Assembly (NCBI GenBank): GCA_963665325.3
Contig: CAXXWS020000003.1
Location: 384,001-448,000, forward strand
Length of the DNA: 64,000 nucleotides
Source of the DNA: Alphaproteobacteria bacterium
GTDB lineage: Bacteria; Pseudomonadota; Alphaproteobacteria; Bin95
Direction: 5' to 3'
In this document: in pieces, positions 59,237 through 64,000 of the stretch
Position numbering within the stretch: the first letter of the stretch is position 1
Layout of the letters: the number at the start of each line of letters is the position of its first letter
Position numbers and translations under genes: made by a program
Notes under the pieces: generated by a model
Seen by the model: only the letters and a program-made list of their open reading frames with translations
The model's database searches: none
What the model was told of the DNA's origin: nothing

Positions 59237-59490
59237 CCGGCATGGCGGCCGCCCCCGCCGTCACGCTCTACACCACGCCGCTCTGCGCGCCTTGCGAGCA
59301 GATCAAGCGCTACCTGGAGTCGCGCGGCGTCGCGTTTGCCCGGCGCGACCTGATGATGGACGAGGAGGCGCAGGACCGTCTCGACGCCGCCCGCATCCGG
59401 GGCACGCCGGCCGTCGAGGTGGACGGGACGTTCCTCGTCGGCGACGGGCTGACCCGCGAGGCTCTGGACCGGCTGCTCGGGCTGGACTGA
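59233..59490 (+). CDS. Glutaredoxin/NrdH-like redoxin
   Basis: TLYTTPLCAPC and GTPAVEVDG; ATGA overlap with the selenoprotein stop. Confidence 0.9.
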   Translation: MTGMAAAPAVTLYTTPLCAPCEQIKRYLESRGVAFARRDLMMDEEAQDRLDAARIRGTPAVEVDGTFLVGDGLTREALDRLLGLD

Positions 59491-59497
59491 CAGCGCC

Positions 59498-60376
59498 GTG
59501 GCGGAGCCGGTCGTTCTCTATGAGGAACGGGGCCCCGTCGCCCTCGTTTCGCTCAACCGGCCCGAACGCCTCAACACGCTGACCGAGGAAATGGTCGAGG
59601 GCGTGGCGGACGCCATCGACCGCGCCTCCGCCTCACGCTCCGTGCGCGCGATCGTGCTGCGCGGCGAAGGGCGGGCGTTCACGGCGGGCTACGATCTGGA
59701 AGCAACCGGCGCCTCCCTGGAGGGCTGGTCGCAGCCCTACGATGCGCCGAGCCCGGAGCCGCGCCCCGGGGCCTGGGACCCGGTGCGGGACTACCGCAGC
59801 ATGGGGCGCAATGTCGAGCGGTTCATGAAAATCTGGGACTGCCCGAAGCCGGTGCTGGGCGCGATACACGGCTGGGCGGTCGGCGGCGCGACGGACCTCG
59901 TGCTCTGCTGCGACCTGCTCTTCATGGCCGAAGACGCCTTCATCGGCTATGCGCCGTCCAGGATTTTCGGCACGCCGACGACCATGCTCTGGGTCTATCG
60001 CCTCGGCCTCGAGCACGCCAAGCAGTTCCTGCTGAGCGGCGACGCCATCGACGCGGCGACGGCGCACCGCATCGGCCTGGTCTCTTATGTCTGCCCGCCG
60101 GAGGAGCTGGACGAGCGCATAGAGGCGCATGCAAGGCGCTTCGAGCATATTCCAGCCAACCAGCTTGCGCTCAACAAGCTGCTCATCAACCAGGCCTTCG
60201 AGAATATGGGCCTGCGCACGACGCAGCTGCTCGGCACGCTGTTCGACGGCATGACGCGCCATACCGAAGAAGCCCATCGCTGGGCCGAAAGCCTTGCCGA
60301 GCAGGGCATGCGCCGCACCGCCGCTGCCCGCGACGCCCCCTTCGGCGACTACAGCGCAAGGCCGCGCAAGGACTGA
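59498..60376 (+). CDS. Crotonase/enoyl-CoA hydratase family protein
   Basis: LNRPERLN, AFTAGYDL and KPVLGAIHGWAVGG. Confidence 0.92.
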   Translation: MAEPVVLYEERGPVALVSLNRPERLNTLTEEMVEGVADAIDRASASRSVRAIVLRGEGRAFTAGYDLEATGASLEGWSQPYDAPSPEPRPGAWDPVRDYRSMGRNVERFMKIWDCPKPVLGAIHGWAVGGATDLVLCCDLLFMAEDAFIGYAPSRIFGTPTTMLWVYRLGLEHAKQFLLSGDAIDAATAHRIGLVSYVCPPEELDERIEAHARRFEHIPANQLALNKLLINQAFENMGLRTTQLLGTLFDGMTRHTEEAHRWAESLAEQGMRRTAAARDAPFGDYSARPRKD

Positions 60377-60474
60377 GCTTCCTCGTTCCTTTCCGGGCCC
60401 GGAAGAATGTCCGCCCCGGCCGGGCACTGGGCCGGGTCGCGCATGCGCCATTCGAAGGCTGCTAAACTCCGGGC

Positions 60475-61110
60475 ATGACTGTCGACAGTTACCTGCTCTA
60501 TCTGGCGACCCTCGGTGTGTTCTTCGCGAGCCCGCCGGGTACCAGCCAGCTCCTCGTAATGGCCAACGGCGCACGCCACGGGCTGCGGCGAACGGGCTGG
60601 ACAATTGCCGGCGACCTCTCGGCGAATGCGCTGCAGATGACCGCCGCGGCGTTCGGCATCGCAGCCGCGATCGCCGCCTCGTCCGAGATATTCCGCCTCG
60701 TCAAGTGGCTGGGGGTCGCCTACCTGGCCTGGATCGGCTTGCGCCTGCTTCTGTCGAAGTCGGGCGACAGGACCGAGGCGGCCGAAGCGGCCCGTTCGCG
60801 TGCGCGGCTGTTCCGTCAGGGATTCATCACATCGAGCGCCAACCCGTTCGCGGTCATGTTTTTTGCCGCGCTCTTCCCGCAGTTCATCGATCCTGCTGCA
60901 CCGACGCTTCCCCAGCTCGCAGTTCTCGGCGGGACCTATCTGGTCGTCGATGGCCTGATCCTGCTGGCCTGGGGCCTGCTCGCCGAAAGGGCCGGAGCGC
61001 GCATCCGGGCGCAGGGCTTCAGTCTGCTCAACCGCATGTGCGGAACATTGATGGTCGGCGCCGCCATGCTTCTGGCCCTCAGGGACTTCGAACCGCAGCA
61101 GCGCCGATAA
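60475..61110 (+). CDS. LysE/RhtB family translocator
   Basis: SPPG, KWLGVAYLAWIG and FRQGFITSSANP. Confidence 0.9.
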   Translation: MTVDSYLLYLATLGVFFASPPGTSQLLVMANGARHGLRRTGWTIAGDLSANALQMTAAAFGIAAAIAASSEIFRLVKWLGVAYLAWIGLRLLLSKSGDRTEAAEAARSRARLFRQGFITSSANPFAVMFFAALFPQFIDPAAPTLPQLAVLGGTYLVVDGLILLAWGLLAERAGARIRAQGFSLLNRMCGTLMVGAAMLLALRDFEPQQRR

Positions 61111-61192
61111 ATCCGGATGGATGTGACCCGCTGGCATCGGTGATTTACACTGGCCGACGGCGGCAAAGCCGGCCGCCACAGTGGAGGCGCCG

Positions 61193-62542
61193 ATGAAAGC
61201 CGGAGGCAAGGGTCTTTGGGGCTGGATGGCTTTCGACTGGGCCAACCAGCCTTTCCACACCGTCATCCTGACATTCGTGTTCGGCCCCTATTTCGCGTCC
61301 CGGGTTGCGGAAGATGTCGTAAGCGGCCAGGCGATATGGGGCTATACGGTCGCGGCGGGATCGGTGCTGATGGCGCTCTCGGCGCCGGTGCTGGGCGCGG
61401 TTGCCGATGCGCAGGGGCCGCGCAAGCCATGGATTCTGGCGTTCTCGCTGCCCTATGTCGTGGGCGCCGCCGGGCTGTGGCTCGCCGTGCCCGGCATGGC
61501 GGACCCGCTGCCGGTCCTGGTGCTGCTGGCCGTGGCGCTGATCGGGGCGGAGCTCACTCTGGTATTCGTCAACTCGCTGCTGCCGGAAGTCGGGCCGCAT
61601 GAGGAACTCGGGCGCATATCGGGCTCCGGCTGGGCGTTCGGCTATTGGGGCGGCCTTGTGGCGCTCGTCGTCGTGCTCGGCCTGATGACGCCGGCGCCCG
61701 GCTCGGACATGACGATCCTCGGCGTGGCGCCGATCCTCGGCCTCGACGCGGCGCTCGGCGAGGGTGCGCGCGCGACCGGGCCGTTCGCAGTGCTCTGGTA
61801 TGTCGTCTTCATGGTGCCGTTCTTCCTCTGGTCGCCGGATGTCGGCCGGCGCGCGCGCGGAACCGCCGGCGCGGTCGCCGAAGGTCTGCGCAGCCTGAAG
61901 ACGACGCTCGTCGGCCTGCCGTCGAGGCCTAGCCTGCTCGCCTATCTGCTGTCCTCCATGTTCTACCGGGACGCCATACTGGGCATCGCCACCTTCGGCG
62001 GAATCTATGCCACCGGCGTGCTCGGGTGGGGCATGTTCGAGCTCGGTCTCTTCGGCCTCGTCATCCTCATCACCGGTGCGCTCGGCGCCTGGACCGGCGG
62101 GCTGCAGGACCGGCGCCGCGGACCCAAGCCGGTGATCCTGTTCAATATCGTCGTGCTGACGGCCGCTGCGGCCGCCATCATGTCCATCGGGCCGAACGAA
62201 GTGCTGTTCATCGCCGTCGGCACAGCGGAAGCGCCGTCCGCGCTGCCGGCGATCGCCTTCTATTTCTGCGGCGCGGTCATCGGCGCCACATCCGGCTCGC
62301 TGCAGGCGGCATCGCGCACCATGCTCGTCCACCAGGCCGACCGGGAGCGGATGGCCGAGGCGTTCGGCCTCTTTGCGCTGACCGGCAAGGCCACGTCCTT
62401 CCTCGCCCCCTTCTTCGTCGCGCTGGCGACCGACCTGTCCGGCAGCCAGCGCCTGGGCGTGGTGCCGATCCTGGTCCTGCTCGCCATCGGCCTGGTGCTG
62501 ATGGCCTGGGTGCGTCCCGAGGGCGACCGGGCGCGGGCGTGA
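61193..62542 (+). CDS. MFS transporter (UMF1/ATG22-like)
   Basis: WMAFDWAN, GRISGSGWAFGY.GG and FGLFALTGKATSF. Confidence 0.9.
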   Translation: MKAGGKGLWGWMAFDWANQPFHTVILTFVFGPYFASRVAEDVVSGQAIWGYTVAAGSVLMALSAPVLGAVADAQGPRKPWILAFSLPYVVGAAGLWLAVPGMADPLPVLVLLAVALIGAELTLVFVNSLLPEVGPHEELGRISGSGWAFGYWGGLVALVVVLGLMTPAPGSDMTILGVAPILGLDAALGEGARATGPFAVLWYVVFMVPFFLWSPDVGRRARGTAGAVAEGLRSLKTTLVGLPSRPSLLAYLLSSMFYRDAILGIATFGGIYATGVLGWGMFELGLFGLVILITGALGAWTGGLQDRRRGPKPVILFNIVVLTAAAAAIMSIGPNEVLFIAVGTAEAPSALPAIAFYFCGAVIGATSGSLQAASRTMLVHQADRERMAEAFGLFALTGKATSFLAPFFVALATDLSGSQRLGVVPILVLLAIGLVLMAWVRPEGDRARA

Positions 62543-62547
62543 CGGAA

Positions 62548-62892
62548 ATGCCGGCCGTCCGCATCGACTATATCGAGCTCGCCGTGGCCGACACCGCCCG
62601 GTCGAAAGCCTTTTACGGCCGCGCCTTCGGCTGGACCTTCACCGATTTCGGCCCCGGCTACACCGAGTTCGCCGACGGGCGCATGAAGGGCGGTTTCAAC
62701 GCGCTGGAGGGCGGCGCCGTTCCGGGCGGCCCGCTCATCGTGCTCCACAGCGACGACCTTGAGGCGGCCCGGCAGCGCGTCGAGGAGGCCGGCGGCAGGA
62801 TCGTGAAGCCCGCCTACCCCTTCCCCGGCGGCCATCGTTTCCATTTCACCGACCCGGACGGCCACGAACTTGCCGTCTGGACCGAGGACTGA
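62548..62892 (+). CDS. VOC/glyoxalase family protein (start may be GTG 62539)
   Basis: IDYIEL, FYGRAFGW and FPGGHRFHFTDPDGHELAVW. Confidence 0.92.
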   Translation: MPAVRIDYIELAVADTARSKAFYGRAFGWTFTDFGPGYTEFADGRMKGGFNALEGGAVPGGPLIVLHSDDLEAARQRVEEAGGRIVKPAYPFPGGHRFHFTDPDGHELAVWTED

Positions 62893-62903
62893 CGGCGCGG
62901 CCC

Positions 62904-63893
62904 CTACCGGCCGGCAAGCAGTTTGGGATCGATCTGTAGCGTGAGCGGCTTTCCGGCGAGGAAGCGGTCCAGATTGTCGAGGAAGAGGTCGTCGTTTCGC
63001 CTGACGGTGCCGGGCGAGGCGCCGGCGCAATGCGCGCTCATCCGGACGCGCGGATGCGACCAGAAACGGCTCCATGCGGGCAACGGCTCCTCCTCGAACA
63101 CGTCCAGCACGGCATGCGCCGGGCGGCCGCGGTCGAGTGCGGCGAGCAGCGCGCGCTCGTCCACCAGCCCGCCGCGCGCGACATTCACCAGCACCGAGCC
63201 TTCTTTCATCGCGCCGAGAAACGCTGCATCGACCATGCCGCGCGTCTCCTCCGTCAGCGGCGCCGTCAGCACCACGACATCGGCTTCCGGCAGCGCGCGG
63301 GCGAGGTCCGACGGCGCGATCGTCGCATCGGCCGGTTCGTCACCGACGGGACGGCGGCGCACGCCGGTTACATGGGCGTCGAAGCCTCGCGCGCGCCGCG
63401 CCACCTCGCAGCCGATATGGCCCATGCCGACCACCAGCCAGCGCGTGTCCGACAGTTCCCGGAATTCGAGCCGGCTCCACTGCCGGCTTCGCTGCTGCGC
63501 GCGGCGGCGGGCGAGCGGGTGGAACGCCTCGATCACGCCGGCCAGCACATAGTCGGCGACCGCGGGCCCGGCGGCGTTGCTGTTGCAGATCGCGGCGCCG
63601 CCCTCCGCCAGCGCCGGGAAGATCGGCGCGTCATAGCCCGCGCCGCCGGATTGCAGCCAGCGCAAGGTGCCGGCATGGCGCAGCACGCCGAAGAAGGCGC
63701 GCACCGGCCCGCGCATATAGAGGCCGGAGGAGGCATAGGCGGCCGCAGGATTCACGGCGCGCCGGTCGATTGCGGCGCCGTCCGCGCCGTGCGCCGCCCT
63801 GTCGTCGTCCATCACGGCGATGTCGAGGCCGGGAAAGGCCTGGAGCCTGCCGGCAAGGCGCTCATAGTCGGGCCGATAGAGAAGCAGGCGCAT
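62904..63893 (-). CDS. D-2-hydroxyacid dehydrogenase family protein
   Basis: GMGHIG, LVNVARG, LDVFEEEPL and SAH. Confidence 0.92.
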   Translation of the reverse strand: MRLLLYRPDYERLAGRLQAFPGLDIAVMDDDRAAHGADGAAIDRRAVNPAAAYASSGLYMRGPVRAFFGVLRHAGTLRWLQSGGAGYDAPIFPALAEGGAAICNSNAAGPAVADYVLAGVIEAFHPLARRRAQQRSRQWSRLEFRELSDTRWLVVGMGHIGCEVARRARGFDAHVTGVRRRPVGDEPADATIAPSDLARALPEADVVVLTAPLTEETRGMVDAAFLGAMKEGSVLVNVARGGLVDERALLAALDRGRPAHAVLDVFEEEPLPAWSRFWSHPRVRMSAHCAGASPGTVRRNDDLFLDNLDRFLAGKPLTLQIDPKLLAGR

Positions 63894-64000
63894 CGGGGCC
63901 GTCCCTGGATTGCTGCAGGCTGCGCTTCTACGACGCCCCAGGGACGCCCTCGCCAATGAAGCTCCGGACAAGGTAGCATCCGGCCCGGATCGACTCAAAG

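Noticed and set aside
1-64000. tRNA (including selC), rRNA, CRISPR arrays, transposases, integrases, defence systems
   Set aside because: None recognised by eye; a tRNAscan or Infernal run would be needed to exclude small RNAs formally

Overview
High-GC, gene-dense chromosomal segment of an alphaproteobacterium. The Rhodospirillales-like assignment is inferred from class I lysS, trcR/DUF1013, DUF1192 and the hemJ-hemH-hemE <> ppsR-maf-aroE-coaE-dnaQ layout. The window very probably contains the replication origin (~30.6-30.85 kb). About 68 genes are recognisable, including lutABC, a TRAP transporter, tandem P450s with a ferredoxin, heme biosynthesis, galU-ugd-PMM/PGM and many catabolic or transport genes. 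No rRNA, tRNA, CRISPR, prophage or transposase was seen. Highlights not visible in the ORF track: (1) a GrdB/PrdB-like selenoprotein (58352-59236), split by an in-frame UGA in a U-P-V-C motif with a SECIS-like hairpin, translationally coupled to a glutaredoxin and lacking canonical Grd/Prd partners; (2) a 10-codon, probably leaderless uORF (MVHRLRRRRG, with CGA-CGA-CGA) whose sequence can pair with the ribosome-binding site of a downstream GNAT gene, suggesting a translational attenuator; (3) a structured lysS-dinG intergenic region with a ~125-nt hairpin, 10-bp-phased TGTCATG repeats and a near-consensus LexA box; (4) three REP-like palindrome families, one with its modules in both orders; (5) a single-base frameshift in the PMM/PGM gene. 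Product calls come from recognising motifs by eye; no database searches were run.
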